A stretch of DNA of 63,903 nucleotides, the filler included, from Octopus bimaculoides (lineage: Eukaryota): NCBI RefSeq assembly GCF_001194135.2. It is 6 parts of 6 records of this genome, joined end to end, with 100 filler letters (N's around TTAATTAATTAA, not from the genome) between each part and the next. Parts side by side here need not be neighbours in the genome. Positions count along the whole stretch, not along the records: positions 1 to 30,645 come from NC_068996.1; 5 more parts are not named here. The stretch is one strand, 5' to 3'. The notes under the pieces were generated by a model. The model worked only from the letters and a program-made list of their open reading frames with translations, did not search any database and was not told the origin of the DNA. Both the position numbers and the translations under genes were made by a program. This document shows positions 1-11,836 of this stretch, in pieces; positions within the stretch are counted from its first letter, which is position 1, and the number at the start of each line of letters is the position of its first letter.

Positions 1-1
1 T

Positions 2-331
2 AGTTTGCAAGAGGGTGTCATAGAATTGGTCTTTCAGACCATCTGGTAGCCCCGGTTGAGGTGCATAGGCTGAGATGACAGTGGCTAATCTATGATGAAG
101 CACTAGTCTGATCTTAAGTACTATGTCACTTACTCTAACGATCTCGATTACCTTATCCACCCATTTCTCTGCTAGAAGTATTCCTACGCCCCCGACCCCG
201 TCAGTGTTCCCTGCCCAGAAAATCTTGTACCTGTGTTCTTTGCCTGTGAGGACCCTCGCAGAACCTCCTCTCCATCTTACTTCCTGGATGCAGCACATAT
301 CTACGCGTCTCCGTTCAAGCATCTCAACAAT
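2..331 (-). mobile_element. RTE-clade LINE fragment, apurinic endonuclease (APE) domain; open frame running off the window start
   Basis: Minus-strand translation IVEMLERRRVDMCCIQEVRWRGGSARVLTGKEHRYKIFWAGNTDGVGGVGILLAEKW...VISAYAPQPGLPDGLKDQFYDTLLQT, with the APE motifs IQE, GVG and SAYAPQ. Absent from the ORF track, probably because no stop lies inside the window. Confidence 0.9.
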
Positions 332-893
332 ATATATATATATAAGCACAGTTCCAGCTCAGTCTTGATCCAGCTGTGGCCATCCACATTTTTAATATCT
401 ACAGTTGTATTATCAAATGTATCAGTTCCTTTTTTGTTTTTTAAGATGGTAGGACATAATTTAGAAATATATATCTGCTATTGCTGACAACATGACTATT
501 CATATAGAAGATCCATCCACTCAAATTTGAACACAAGTTGTTTAAGCAGATACCTTTTATTAAGGGCATAAGTGTCCCTAACAAGTTACTTGACCACAAA
601 GGTGGAAAGGTTCAAATTACTTGCTGGATGACAATCACATGTAGGTCTGACCATAGGTATAGACATGTATGCTTATAATTCACCCTTCTTCTTTCTAGAA
701 TATGTACCATGATAATCATAATTAACCAATCAATAATCTTGACTCAAAATTTTTGTTTTTATCATAAATGTATTAATAGGTTTCTACTTATTTAGTTCCC
801 ATGTATTAATTCGTTTATATTAGAATTTTAATGTATTCAAGTTTTGAAATATAATTGAAGATGATAACAGAGAATCTTTAAATAATATTTCAG

Positions 894-1119
894 GTTTATG
901 CATGGGGAGATAATGACCATGGACAACAAGGAAATGGAACCACCACTGTCAATAGAAAACCAGCTCTTGTTCATGGACTGGAAAGTTTCAAAATAACCAA
1001 AGTTGCATGTGGTTCTTCCCATAGCATTGCATGGGCGACCACAGATCTTGCTGCACCAACAACTCATGAACCTGTACTTTTTTCTGCTTCCCGAGATCCT
1101 CTTGGTTCTACACTCTTAG
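894..1119 (+). CDS. HERC2: HERC2 E3 ubiquitin ligase, exon 1 in window (end of RCC1-like domain 2)
   Basis: tttcag|GTT...TTAG|gtaaaa. Encodes [75 protein letters not shown], recognisably orthologous to human HERC2 as I recall it ([23 protein letters not shown]...DPLGASYLG). 226 nt, ends phase 1. Confidence 0.96.
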
Positions 1120-1170
1120 GTAAAACTGTTGAATTTAATTTTATTTTGATTTGATTTTTTTGTAAATATA

Positions 1171-1540
1171 GGCACAGGTATGGCTGTGTGATAAGAAGCT
1201 TGCTTCCCGACCACATGGTCCCAGGGTCAGTCCCACTCTGTGGCACCTTGCACAAATGTCTTCTACAATAGCCTCAGGCCAACCAAAGTCTTGTGCATGA
1301 TAAAACTGAAAGATGCCTATCATGTGTGTCTGTCTTTGTATCTGTGTTAGTCCCCCACCACTGCGTGACAACTGGTGTTGGTTTGTTTATGTCCCATAAC
1401 TTAGCAGTTCAGCAAAGGAGACTTGTAGAGTAAATAAGCTTTAAAAAAGAGTGAGTACTGAGGTTGATTCATTCAATTAAAAGTCTTTTAAGGTGGTGCC
1501 CCAGCATGGCTACTGTCTAATGACTGAAACAAATAAAAGA
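1171..1540 (+). mobile_element. tRNA-headed SINE, family 'A' (my label)
   Basis: A-box-like TGGCTGTGTGA, B-box-like GGTCAGTCCC, body gcaccttg..tatagcctcagg, tail cagcatggc...aatgactgaaacaaataaaaga. Other copies: 16956-17190(+), 24635-24821(+), about 29372-29800(+), 39714-40013(-), 42752-43165(+), 60289-60440(+, internally deleted), about 13260-13385(-). Confidence 0.85.
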
Positions 1541-1545
1541 TAATA

Positions 1546-2129
1546 CAGTTCTATATTTAAGATATTTGATGGATATTTGTCCTCATCTTGTTTGATGAGG
1601 CTGATATACAACGTTTCGGCTGATATACTCTCCATCCTTCATCAGGTGTCTTGAGGAAATTTCAAACCAGAGTTCTCATTCCTAAGGTATTTTTCGATAT
1701 TATTATTATCGTTATTAGTCAGGTCACTGCTTGGAATCGAACTCAGAATCTTGGGGTTAGTAGCCCATACTCTTAACCACTACACCATATGCGTGTGGGC
1801 AATTATGGAGTGAATTTTAGGGCTTATAAATCTAATATTTTCCTATCCTTCCTTAATATTGGTTCCCATATGCTACTCATATCTGTACTCAGTCTGCTTA
1901 GGAGGTTGTTGTGCCCTAGCATATGTGCTGCTTCTTTTGGATTTCATATTTTCCAGTGGTGTTTTCTGTCTATTATTTTAACTTTATCCCACAGGGGGAG
2001 GTGGTCTCCGTTTTTCCATATTAGATTTATAAGCCCTAAAATTCACTCCATACTTGCCCACAGGCATATGACGTAAGATTCCGAGTTCGATTCGAAGCAG
2101 TGACCTAAATAATAATAACATTGAAAAAT
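1546..2129. mobile_element. Fold-back element family 'C', copy 1: tRNA-like head plus hammerhead motif (left arm minus strand, right arm plus strand and truncated)
   Basis: 1781-1838 and 2018-2075 are reverse complements (54/58 identical). The left arm carries CTGATGA (1645-1639) and GAAA (1617-1614) on the minus strand. It shares its left end cagttctatatttaaga with the copies at 21212 and 41635. Confidence 0.85.
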
Positions 2130-3070
2130 GTGGTGGTGGTGGTGTTAGTGGTAATGGGTTTAATACCATCATCTGAACCTTGTATATTTTTAGCTGAATC
2201 CACTCTATGGAAAGCACTCAGTGAAGGCATCTAGTTTTAAGCATGTAGGTTTTAAGCAGGTAAAAAGACAGCAGGTATCAGCTGGAGAGAGGAAGTTTTG
2301 GTAACTATTACGACTGCTTGCAACTAAAGAGTCTGAGATATGATACTGTACAAACTGGATACATTTTTTAAATAGCCTTACAGTTCACAGTTGCTAGTTC
2401 AAATCTAGGCAGGATTTTTCAATATCCCAGAAAAAGATTCCCTTAAGATTTTCTTTTTCTTTTCTTTTTTTTTTTGTGAATTTTAGAATTCCTTTTAGAT
2501 GAGGGTGTAGGGAAAGATGGATGAGAGTAAGAGCTGTTAATATTCACTTATGATTGTTACAATTTAATGTTTATGGTGTGTAGAGGAGCATGGTCAAGAT
2601 GGTAGAGACCCGATAGGATGTAGTACTGAAGAATAATGACTGGATTGAAGGAGTGTGTGTGTGTATAAAGCATAGTGGGAGTATTAAGTGGAGGGCTTTA
2701 TTAGGTGGTTGTGTATGGATTTCAGAAGATTAGAAGCTAATAGAAATTATAATAGAAAGAACGAGGGAAGAAACAATCCAACATTATAGTTTGTTGTTAA
2801 GTAACAAGACACAAGCTTTTACACAGTTGTTTATTTTATTGTTTCTTAATACCACAGTTTGTTAGTGGTTGTGGGTATAAGTGGTTTTTCTGTAGTGAAA
2901 GTCTACCACCATATACAATAAGGGTTTTTGTTCAGTGAACAAGCCCTTAGAGTTTTCTTTATATATGAGATCCTCTGTCCAACATGGAAAACAGACATCA
3001 AATGTTGATAATAATAATAATAATTCATTTTGCAAGATTCTTGATGTGAAACCGTGTGTAGAAACAGATA

Positions 3071-3317
3071 TTGTTGTATTTGGGGATGGTCATGTTGCCA
3101 GTTTAGCCTATAAAAATACAAAATGGCTGAAAGGAAAGACACACACATAAGAAAGAAGAAAGCAAAGGACCATTGATGAGGTCACGAAAGAACTCTGGCC
3201 GAAATAGGATTAATGTAATATAATGTAATATAAAGCTGAAGCAAATTAACATCAAATATATAGTGTGTGTGTTTTTATTGGCTAAACTGGCAACATGACC
3301 ATCCCCAAATACAACAA
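3071..3317. mobile_element. Fold-back/MITE-like element with 38-bp perfect inverted arms
   Basis: 3071-3108 ttgttgtatttggggatggtcatgttgccagtttagcc is the exact reverse complement of 3280-3317, and the match extends imperfectly inward about 12 nt. Confidence 0.85.
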
Positions 3318-3609
3318 CAACAACAATAATAATAATGATAATGAGTATGATGATTCAAAGCTGGGTTATTTGCAAGGACCTGAAGTGGAGTTTTGCCACA
3401 AGCCATGAATTGTGGTTTCTCTCATCCTCTCTTTCTGCCAGTCTTAGAGGTTCTGTTGGGCATCATCGTCATTGTTGCTGTTCTTGATTTTAAAAAAACC
3501 TAAGAACAGTGGTGTAACCATTGTCATTTTACTGCTTAGAAACAAAAGCATTTGTTTTTGTACTTAAATCAATTAATATTTTTTTCCACTTTAATTCATA
3601 TCATACCAG

Positions 3610-3778
3610 GTTTAAATGAAGGAGTCAATGATGAGATAACATCCTCAGTTATTCCTGCAACTACTACCAAACCGAAACGACCATCTTTGTCAAAGATCAT
3701 TCTTTCTTTGGAATCTGATGCCAGTAAACAACAAGCTTTGAACCATATACTCACTGCTCTACAGATCAAATACGCCAG
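3610..3778 (+). CDS. HERC2: HERC2 exon 2 in window
   Basis: ccag|GT...GCCAG|gtgagt. GLNEGVNDEITSSVIPATTTKPKRPSLSKIILSLESDASKQQALNHILTALQIKYAR matches HERC2 RPSL.KI.LSL...KQQAL.HILTALQI.YAR. 169 nt, phase 1 to 2. Confidence 0.95.
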
Positions 3779-3989
3779 GTGAGTGACTTCAGTGTTCACA
3801 CCAAATTATGACTTCATTATATATTTTTTAAATTTCCACTATCTATTTCTTCACAGCCCCTAGTGATTATTTCTTTCTGTCTCGTCTAAATGTGAGTAAC
3901 TTTGCATCTCCTCTACAAGAAGTTGCTCTGCCCCCATCTCCTTCTTTCATACTTGTTCTCACACTGTGTGTGTGTTTGTGTGTTACTGT

Positions 3990-4149
3990 CTCGTTGCAAC
4001 CTTATTAGTCCTGGTATCAAAAAAACAGGCACTAGATGGGCAGCCAGCTCTAGAAACAATGCCAAAGCAGACATTGGGGTACAATGTTGTCCTTGGACCC
4101 ATCTCTGTCAAACAATCCAACCTGTGCCAATATGGAACATGGACATTAA

Positions 4150-4183
<34 letters not shown>

Positions 4184-4597
4184 GTTTCCAATTTCAGAAT
4201 CACTGATTATTCATAAATATTTCTTTCTTTTATTATTCTTGCTTGCTATGCTCAAGATATCCTGTGCCTTGCTGTACATAAGAAGACCTGTCCACCACAG
4301 CAGAATTGATATCCTGGTGGGTTTTTTTGTCTTGGAAATTACTTGGTGACCCTGTTGGTGCTGGTGCCACATGAAAAGCACCCATGCCAGTGCCACATAT
4401 AAAACACCTGTGCCAATGCCATGTAAAAAGCACTCTGTAAAGTGGTTGGCATTAGGAAGGGCATCCAGCTGTAGAAACTATGCCAGAACAGATGATGAAG
4501 CTTGGTACAAACCCTGACTCTACAAGCTACCATCAAACCATCCAACTCATGCCAGCATGGAGAATGGACATTAAATGATGATGATGATGATGATGAT
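3990..4597 (+). mobile_element. Two short elements ending in the RTE-type 3' tail (...gcatggagaatggacattaaa(tga)n); 5'-truncated LINE ends or tail-sharing SINEs
   Basis: Match the 3' end of the RTE LINE at about 16670-16844 (ttaggaagggcatccagctgtagaaact...gcatggaaagcagacattaaacgatgatgatg). More copies at about 5690-5890(+), 6625-6776(+), 14098-14250(-), 14611-14790(-), 25871-26080(-). Confidence 0.8.
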
Positions 4598-4645
4598 TTA
4601 ATAACTTATATATTACAACATAATATTCATCATCATAATTATTAT

Positions 4646-5083
4646 GGTGGCAAATAGGCAGAACCATTAGCACACTGGGCAAGATTCTTAGCGATTTTGT
4701 CCACCTCTATGTTCTGATTCAAATTCTGCTGAATTTGACATTGCCTGTCATCCTTTCAGAGGCAATAAAATAAGTGCCAGTTGTGCGTTGGGGTCAATGT
4801 AATTGACTTGCCCCTCCCTTGAAACTGCTGGTCTTGTGCCAAAATTTGAAACCATTATTATTATTATTAAGGTGGTGAGCTGGCAGAATTGTTAGTGCGC
4901 TGGATGAAATGCTTAGCAATATTTTGTCCGTCATTATTTTCTGAGTTCAAATTCTGCTGCAGTTGACTTTATCTTTCATCCTTTCAGGGTCAATAAAATA
5001 AGTATCAGTTGAACACTGGGGTCAATGTAATCAACCCATCCCCTCTCTTGAAACTGTTGGCCTTGTGCCAAAATTTGAAACCA
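4646..5083 (+). mobile_element. Two tandem tRNA-headed SINEs, family 'B' (4646-4856, 4871-5083)
   Basis: Head ggtggtgagctggcagaa, B-box-like gagttcaaattc, core gactttgcctttcatcctttc.gggtc.ataaa. Other copies: 17478-17665(+), 26275-26480(-), 28610-28745(+), 36989-37140(+), 39215-39405(+), 51899-52126(+), 62106-62255(+), 62263-62428(+), 63520-63730(-). Confidence 0.85.
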
Positions 5084-5171
5084 TCATCATCATTATTATT
5101 ATTATTGGTAGTGGTACTGGTAATGGTGGTGGTGGTGGTGATATTTACTGTTGTTATTATACTTGTTGTAG

Positions 5172-5391
5172 GGATGCAATAGTTGGATCATTAATGAAAG
5201 AAGTTCAAGCTGTGAATCCCAGCAGTTGCCTGGAAAATCAACGTTCAGCTCAGTTTCACCAGTCCTCACCTGTCATGTTAGCATCAATTGGTACTACAGA
5301 AGAACTGGCACCAACTGTTCACTCTACTCCTACAATAGCAGCATTATCTGAACGAGATTCCACGGCAATGGTAGATTCCTCTCATTCAGAT
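5172..5391 (+). CDS. HERC2: HERC2 exon 3 in window (poorly conserved linker)
   Basis: tgtag|G GAT GCA ATA GTT GGA...TCA GAT|gtaagt. DAIVGSLM continues the conserved YAR-DA.VG motif. 220 nt, phase 2 to 0, frame-consistent with both neighbours. Confidence 0.9.
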
Positions 5392-6804
5392 GTAAGTTTT
5401 TTTTGGTTTGTTTTTTGTTTACTTTGTTTTTCCACTTTTATAAACTGATGCTGTTTCTTATAATATTAGATGATCCTATGTACCCCCCCCCCCTAGACAA
5501 CCCTATCGCTAATCCCTTCCTTCTCTCCTGATCACCGCCATACTCCCCCATCCTCTCCTCTTACATATCCTCCCTCATCACCCATTTAAAATCCTCACCT
5601 ACTCTTCTATTCCTTCTCAATTAGAGGAGCCACTTCAGGCTCTTAGTTTTTATAATTTGTAAAGCTATCTTTATTAGTACTGGTGCCATGAAAAAAATTC
5701 ACACTGTATACGGTGTAAAATGTTTGGTGTTAGGAAGGGCATCAAACTGTAGAGACCATGCCAAAGCAAACATTGAAGCATTGTGTAGTCCTTGTACTGT
5801 TCGATCCTGTCAAACCATCTAACCCATGCCAGCTTGGAAGCTGAATATTAAATGATGGTAATGCTGCTGTTGATGATGATGATTGTGATGATGTTTGTTT
5901 GTATATATGTATACCTGGAAGGAGGGACAGATGGACAGACAGTTCATTGGCTCATATTTGGCTCATTGAATTAAGGTGTAAGTGACTGAGTATTCCACAG
6001 ACATTAGAACTTTTAATGTAATTCTCAGGCAGTGTGATACTGTATAATTAGGTCATATCTTTTGAAATCCAGGTACAATCAACCTGATGAGCTTATTCAG
6101 TTTTTTCATCTATCCAGTTTTGATCAAAAGACATGGCTTTATTCAAGCCTGTAGAAAAAATACTTGCTCAAGATGCCATGACTTCATGGTTGTGATACAG
6201 CTCCTTAACCATTGTTTGGTAAGAATCTTGCTTCCCAACCACAAGGATCAAATGTGATGCTTATGTATTCACATTATTTTGAATTAATCATGCATTATCT
6301 AATAGCTTAGAGATGTTGATGATGTGGTTGTAAATTTTTTGAATGATGTTGTAGGGTAGGTGTGAGGTGTTGGATCTCACAAATTTGATCATGAGACAGA
6401 ATATTTGGACTGGATATGGCAGTTTCAATGCTAAGGGATTAATTGTATTATTACAACTATAGAAGAATTTTGCAAAACATTTACAATTTTAGGGTTCAGA
6501 TTTCATCATCAAAACTTAATTTACCTTCATTTGGTCATCTTTTTGGCACTGAATGAATCCCATTCTACATTTCCAACAGATGTCATGGATTACATGTCAG
6601 TCTATTACCACACACACACATTGTAAATTGGTTGGCATTAGGAAGGACATTCAGCCATAGAAACCATGCCAATATCAAGACATTGGAGCATGATGCTGTC
6701 TTTAGATCTGTTTGATGCTGTCAAACCATCCAGCACATGCCAGCTAAGGAGATTGACATTAAAAGATGATGATGATACCTGTGCATGCACACACACACTC
6801 TCTT

Positions 6805-6843
<39 letters not shown>

Positions 6844-7296
6844 AGCTTTGACAGTGTTCAATGAATGGAACCCACTAAATATTCCAAACAGTTGAATTCT
6901 TAAGATAATTCTAAGATAGAACCAACATGGTGGCCATCATGTGACAAGGCTATATATTTGAATTGCATATACAGTCCATTCAATAAACAAGCTTCCATAG
7001 AATTTCTATCTATTCAGATTCTACTGTCAGTACTTGAGTTCATCTTGAAGCCATGATAGAAAAATACTCTTCCAAGACTTTGTGGTTTGTGACTGAAATC
7101 CAGGAATAATGATTGTAAATTAGACTTTTTAGAAACTCATCCTCTACCTATATGCACACATTTATATATATGCACACACACAAACACACATGTATTCAGA
7201 CATGTGTACAAATATTGAAACTTGGGATAGGTACTTAGGAATTGAATGCTAGTCTATATCTTTATTTTTTTGTTACTTTTTAATTAAATGTCTTTA

Positions 7297-7328
<32 letters not shown>

Positions 7329-7586
7329 ATACATATACATACATACATAAATGTGTGTGCATATATATATATATATGTTTTGCAAAATTCTTCTATAGTT
7401 GTAATTATACAGGTAGTGCTATTAAGTTAGACATGGCTTGGGCCTATATTGCTGAAACCTATCAAAGTTATATATATATATATATATGTATATATATGTA
7501 TATATATATGTATATATATATGTGTGTGTGATATATATATATATATATATAAAATGTATGTATCCATCTTATTAAACTTATTACAG

Positions 7587-7886
7587 ACATTTTGTCCTGG
7601 AGAAATATCATCTTTTCCAAGTATGCACAGTTTGGCTGCAAAAGTTTCCCCTGCAACTAGCATAATTGCTGAGACATTTACCTCACCTGATCAAGTAACG
7701 AGTACTTTGGAAATCATAAAGCCAGCTTATCCCGAAGGCCTCGATGAGTTCACCAGCAAACTGACTGCTGACGATGCAAGAGTTCTTGTTGATCTTCTTA
7801 AACTTGCTGTTGCAAATCGAGCTGGTGAGAAAGGGAAGGATACACTAGCTGGTATCTTAAAAGCCGTTGACAAGGCGTATCCTCAG
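7587..7886 (+). CDS. HERC2: HERC2 exon 4 in window
   Basis: ttacag|ACA...CCT CAG|gtaagt. ...SIIAETFT...LDEFTSKLTADDARVLVDLLKLAVANRAGEKGKDTLAGILKAVDKAYPQ. 300 nt, phase 0 to 0. Confidence 0.95.
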
Positions 7887-8390
7887 GTAAGTTCTTTCAG
7901 TCTTGTCCGTTGAATCCATGGTAAAATTGGTGAGTATTTTTGTATGTGTGTGTATTGTATTATGTATGTTATTGTAATGTGTGTGTATGTGTACTTTGTT
8001 GTTTGTGCGTGGCATTGTTGTATGAGTGTGTTATGTATATCTTGTAAATGTAGTGTACTCTAAAACTGTCTGTGTATGTGACAGAGAGAGAGAGAGAGAT
8101 TTTATATTTTCACACTATTGCTGTTTTGCTCCTAACCGAAATATTCCAACTATTAGAAACCCAGTCCACATAACTGTTAACAGACAACCATTGTATATAG
8201 TTTGTTGCCTCATGCAGAGTAACTTTGTTGAATTAGTCAATATATCTTAACTTACAGTACATTGTTTAGCACCTCAGCTAGAGAAAGCTCTCAGAATCTG
8301 TTGCTATAAATTTCACGATTCCTTTGGAAATCGATTAAATTCAGTTTTCTCCTTTTTTGTGTGTGTGAAAAATTTACTTCTATTGTGCAG

Positions 8391-8544
8391 GTTGCAGAGA
8401 TGTTGCTGGAACTGTGTGTCACAGAACTGGAAGATGTGGCTGCTGATACTGAATCTGGACGTACTTTACCACAACCTGTTGTACAAGAGAGTCCTCATCA
8501 TTATTCAGATGACCTATCACTATCAGGCCATGTGAAAATACCTG
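8391..8544 (+). CDS. HERC2: HERC2 exon 5 in window
   Basis: gtgcag|GTT...CCT G|gtcagt. VAEMLLELCVTELEDVAADTESGRTLPQPVVQESPHHYSDDLSLSGHVKIPG, a highly conserved HERC2 segment. 154 nt. Confidence 0.96.
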
Positions 8545-8849
8545 GTCAGTGATTTTCATTAACAAAATACTTTTGTTGTTGTTCTTAATTAGCTGAAATA
8601 CTGTTGCTGCTGTTATTGTTTACCTCCACGTCAACCTTGATCCCAGCAGACCTACAATCATATGTTTTCCAACCATAAGTATCAATCTTTTATATACATC
8701 ACTCAGTACCATGGAAGAGAGAGTGTGTACCTTAACTAGGCCCTACTGAGGGACCAGTCATTTAAGTTGATGCAGTATTGTCACAAGTACAATTAAGGAT
8801 ATAGAAACTAAGAAGGCAACTTGCACATCAGGAGTAAGCAGGTTGATGA

Positions 8850-9074
8850 TTAACTCTTTAGCATTTAAACCGGTCATATCTGGCCAAAATATTCTACCTC
8901 TTTTATGTTCAAATCAGCCAGATCCTGTCTCTCACACCTACCCTATAATGTCATTTTAAAAATATGCAATCACACAAGTGAAATCTTGAAACTACAAGAT
9001 AAAGCATGATTAATTTAAAACAAAGTGACTTAAGCATAGCATTTAACAGAGTAATATGAATGCTAAAGGGTTAA
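8850..9074. mobile_element. piggyBac-like MITE (family 'E'), about 225 bp
   Basis: TTAA|CTCTTTAGCATT ... AATGCTAAAGGG|TTAA. Second copy 13442-13666 (TTAACCCTTTAGCATT...AATGCTAGAGTTAA); partial copy about 6270-6442; interrupted copy about 21019-24286. TTAA target and CCC..GGG ends are typical of the piggyBac superfamily. Confidence 0.75.
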
Positions 9075-9169
9075 AATATTTGACACAGCAGAATATGTAT
9101 TGGTCACTTACATAAATCATATAGTATAGGGAGGAATCACATATTCACAATGACTGGCATAGCAGCATA

Positions 9170-10060
9170 TTTTGTCATCTGCTCAAGAACAAAGAAAATA
9201 CACTCAAGAGAGGAAATATAGAGGCATCAAATTGTTGGGTCAAGTTATGAAAATGATAGGAAAAATTATAATGCAATTGTCTAGGAACCTAATTATTTTA
9301 GATGAAATACAGTTCAGTTTTGGTACCACATTCCTCAGATATTTAGCTAAAAATAAGCTTCCTAAACCTAATAGCCATTCACCTGGACAGGGCCTCAAAT
9401 GGGGTACCATAATCTGTAATCTTATGGTTATTAAGATAACTAAGAAAAGATGAATAACTTGTGAGGCCCTCACATGTACAAAAATAATCAGCAATGAGTT
9501 TAGCATACAGGCAGATGCTCATCAAGGTTTACTCTTCTTTTCATCCATTAATATTTTAGTGTTCCAGGTAATAAAACGATTTCAATGCTATGGGAACTCT
9601 TGTATGTTGATGACTTAGTTTTTAAGGTCAAATCTGTAGTAGATTTGGAGAAATTCCAGACAGGGAAGGGAAACCTGAAATCAAAGACTAAAATTTTAGT
9701 AAGTAGGACAGGATCCTGCTACTGTCAGGGAAATTGCTTTGATGATATGTAGAAAAGTAATTGGAAGAAAATTCATACAATGTACTAATGTAAACTATGG
9801 ATGTACAAGGCATGTAATGATATCACAGGCTGGCTGGCAGGGAATATACATTCCATATGTAGCAGGGACACAGAAGTAGTAAGAATCTCTTGCAGCATTT
9901 TCTTATCTACACAGACAAGTCTGCATTGCAAATTTGGATTTTTCATCAGAATCAAAAAATAGTTCACTGATGAACACTTAAGATTTTATAAACATAAATA
10001 GCCCCTAACTATGATCAATCACATTAGTCATATCTGGTTGGAAGGACCCCTAAAGTCAAC
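9170..10060 (+). mobile_element. Highly decayed RTE LINE reverse-transcriptase relic
   Basis: Fragments RGIKLLGQVMK, ILDEIQFSF, WELLYVDDL (9591-9617) and KTKILVSR, then a decayed version of the Cys-rich segment seen intact at 15539-15670. Confidence 0.7.
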
Positions 10061-10306
10061 TGATGCTGTCCCTTTTTCTCAGATTAAATAATTAAAGTGA
10101 AAGGTATTCTTCCAGTGTTAATTACAAAAAATAATATAAATTGGTAAAGTGTTGGAATTAGCAATTAAATACTTCAGATCATTGTATTTCTGGATTAATT
10201 ATGTTTGTTTAAAACATTTGAATATATTTAATATTGTTTTAAAATTCGAAATAATGGTTTACTTTATTATTATTTTTTTTTAAAAAACCAATGACCAAAA
10301 ATACAG

Positions 10307-10414
10307 GCGCTGAATGTTTACGAGTTGAGTTTGATCGCTTGTGTTCAACAGAACGACGACATGATCCATTGACCATTATGGATGGATCTGGAAGAACTGT
10401 TTCTGTACGATCAG
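10307..10414 (+). CDS. HERC2: HERC2 exon 6 in window
   Basis: atacag|GC...TCA G|gtataa. GAECLRVEFDRLCSTERRHDPLTIMDGSGRTVSVRSG. 108 nt, phase 1 to 1. Confidence 0.95.
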
Positions 10415-10559
10415 GTATAAAATATACAAATTTCTTTTCATTATGTACAAGACCAATTTTATAGGGACCCGATGAAATATAAAACTTTTTTTTTCAAAAA
10501 TGTGTCATGCATACTTTTCCAAACCATATTAGCAATGTCACATGATCACACACCACGTG

Positions 10560-10780
10560 TCCAACCAGGCTATCAGATGTTGTTACACATCACTGGTCAC
10601 AATGCACTTTTTTCCATTGTTTAGCCTTCAAATGATGCTACCCCACTGACTAGGCAAGCAGGCCAACATTCTCTGGAGCAACGTGAAAAAAAAGATTTTG
10701 CTCATGAACACAATGCACCACCCAGTTGGGGAATTGAACCCACAATCTAGCACTAGGTCACACACCTTCACATTAGCAAT
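10560..10780 (-). mobile_element. tRNA-headed SINE, family D'-like
   Basis: Reverse complement shows B-box ggttcaattcccc and ttcacgttgctccag, shared with 39483-39712(+), 47455-47702(-) and 58180-58345(-). Confidence 0.7.
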
Positions 10781-11054
10781 GTAAATGAGGTTCACTGAGT
10801 TGCTGTCTTAGTTCACCCACCCAAAGCTTACTTCTAGCAATCTTGAAGAACTGATAAAGAATCAGTCAAGTACTAAAGTCAATGTAACTGACTACTCCAA
10901 CCACCAAAACTCAGGCCATGTGCCCATGAGAAACAATTGCTGCTGCTGCTGCTGCTGTTGTTGTTGTTGCTTCTTCTGCTGCTGTTGTTGTTGTTGTTGT
11001 TGTTGAAAAAGAAATCATCATTATTATTATTAATTAATTTTTTTTAAATTTCAG

Positions 11055-11345
11055 GCAGGGAATGGTCTGATTGGTCAACAGAACTGAGAATTCCTGGAGA
11101 CGAACTACGGTGGAAGTTTACTAGTGATGGTTCTGTTAATGGTTGGGGTTGGAGATTTACTGTTTACCCAATCATGCCAACTGCAGCACCTATGGATATG
11201 TTAACTGACAGAACTGTTCTTTCCCAGCCTTCTATAGATTTGGTTATTTGTCTTCTTGATTTGGAACTGGATGCTAGTTCTGACTGCAGCATTGTACCTA
11301 GACTAGCTGCTGCTCTGGCAGCATGTGCTCAACTGAGCTCTTTAG
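11055..11345 (+). CDS. HERC2: HERC2 exon 7 in window
   Basis: tttcag|GC...TTA G|gttagt. [42 protein letters not shown]...[18 protein letters not shown]. 291 nt. Confidence 0.97.
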
Positions 11346-11802
11346 GTTAGTACAGACATTCAGCTTTCTCTTTAACTAATGCTATTCTGAAAAAAAAAAA
11401 TTTCTGTTTTTCTTTTATAAAGTGTATTCTTTGAATGAGAGTGGAAGAAAACCACAAAGTTTCATTTGCAGTCATTAGACAAATAGCTTTAGATATTATT
11501 ATTTATAAAATATTAAGTAAAAATTTTGAATATTTACAAATTTATTTTTATCAGAGATTCTATGTTGTTATTTTATATTAAAGTTATTACAAGTAAATAA
11601 ACTAATTACTAATTAGTTAGAATACTGATTGCCCTAAATTTTCTTACTTGATATACATTTTAAATTTTAATTATTGAGAGTTTGCACCATTACATAGTTT
11701 AGGAAAACAGTTCAGTTTTATTACATTTGAAATTCCAATAATTCTTATAAAGTTAGTGTTATATAAGGTTACTGGATTACTGATTACATGGTCATGCATA
11801 TT

Positions 11803-11836
<34 letters not shown>

